Positions 63,311-64,000 of a DNA stretch of 64,000 bases are shown in pieces; positions within the stretch are counted from its first letter, which is position 1, and each line of letters begins with the position of its first letter. A program made the translations under genes and the position numbers. Below the pieces are notes generated by a model that saw nothing but the letters and a program-made list of their open reading frames with translations, was not told the DNA's origin and did not search any database. Source of the stretch: Convolutriloba macropyga (Eukaryota); contig NC_134476.1 in the NCBI RefSeq assembly GCF_964194025.1, positions 52,328,001-52,392,000 of the forward strand. Direction: 5' to 3'.

Positions 63311-64000
63311 TCACTATGATTATAAATTAACAATTTTTCATATCTTTTGTCGATTATAATTTCAACATCTGTTTATCTAAATCTTTAAAACACATGGACA
63401 GCTGAAATTCGATTTGCATCCCAAAATAATCTCATCAGCTAATTTGGTCAAGTGATGATGTCAAAACAGCTATTGAGTTTGGCTCCGACCCTAAATTCAA
63501 CTGCTGAGACGCCAAAACAAACAGCCTTCAGTCGACAGATTGAGATAAAATTAAGATGTCAACCCAATCATTATGGTGATAGTCTTTTGAATAAATGCGA
63601 ATAATTGGTGATAATACACTCCATAGTATTACACTGTAAAGGGAGGATCTAAAAGGTTTATTTCAGATTAACCCACTAAGCAGTACCCAGATGTCAGTTG
63701 ATGAACGTTTGCGTTTGTCTGTGAGAGACAGGGCATCAGTCTAGATTTAACGACCAGTTTCTCGCTAATTTTGATTTTGATTTAGATGTCACAATTGAAC
63801 GGCGGACGGCGTATTGGCCCACAGGGCGTTTAGGCCACAATCAAGAAATGAGAAATTTAAACGAAAATGTACGTAAGGTGTGAAAAGAGATTCATTTTTT
63901 ATCAACTAGCGTTAAGAAGTTCTATCCGTGGTTGCACGTCAGTCCCCTCTCCCCTGACAGGGTGGGGGCGGGGGGGGGGTGGCTGCGGTCACAGAGGGGG

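Noticed and set aside
63920-64000. G-rich end of the window as a promoter or G-quadruplex
   Set aside because: Truncated by the window edge; no supporting context.

Overview
AT-rich animal (invertebrate) genomic DNA; no prokaryotic features are present. One host gene crosses the window on the minus strand: a divergent Cys-loop (nAChR-like) ligand-gated ion channel subunit. Three phase-1 exons (55039-54685, 23465-23256, 5920-5528) splice in frame into signal peptide, extracellular domain and M1-M3. The M3-M4 loop/M4 exon was not found. Intron 1 (about 31 kb) is almost entirely an (AAT)n microsatellite island, partly N-masked, holding three related Ty3/Gypsy (Mag-like) LTR retrotransposon families. 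Element A (24203-31375) is full-length but decayed, with an ATTAT target-site duplication. Element B lacks protease/RT and forms a 5,679-bp-period tandem array with shared LTRs (about 32676-50907). Element C is a 3' remnant (51305-52501). In A and B the gag frame starts exactly 50 codons inside the LTR and runs through the tRNA primer-binding site. A and B share a long integrase C-terminal extension, partly visible in C, which is a candidate microsatellite-targeting module. The rest is decayed Ty1/copia, CR1/L2-type LINEs, CACTA-like MITEs, a possible Helentron-type element and simple repeats.
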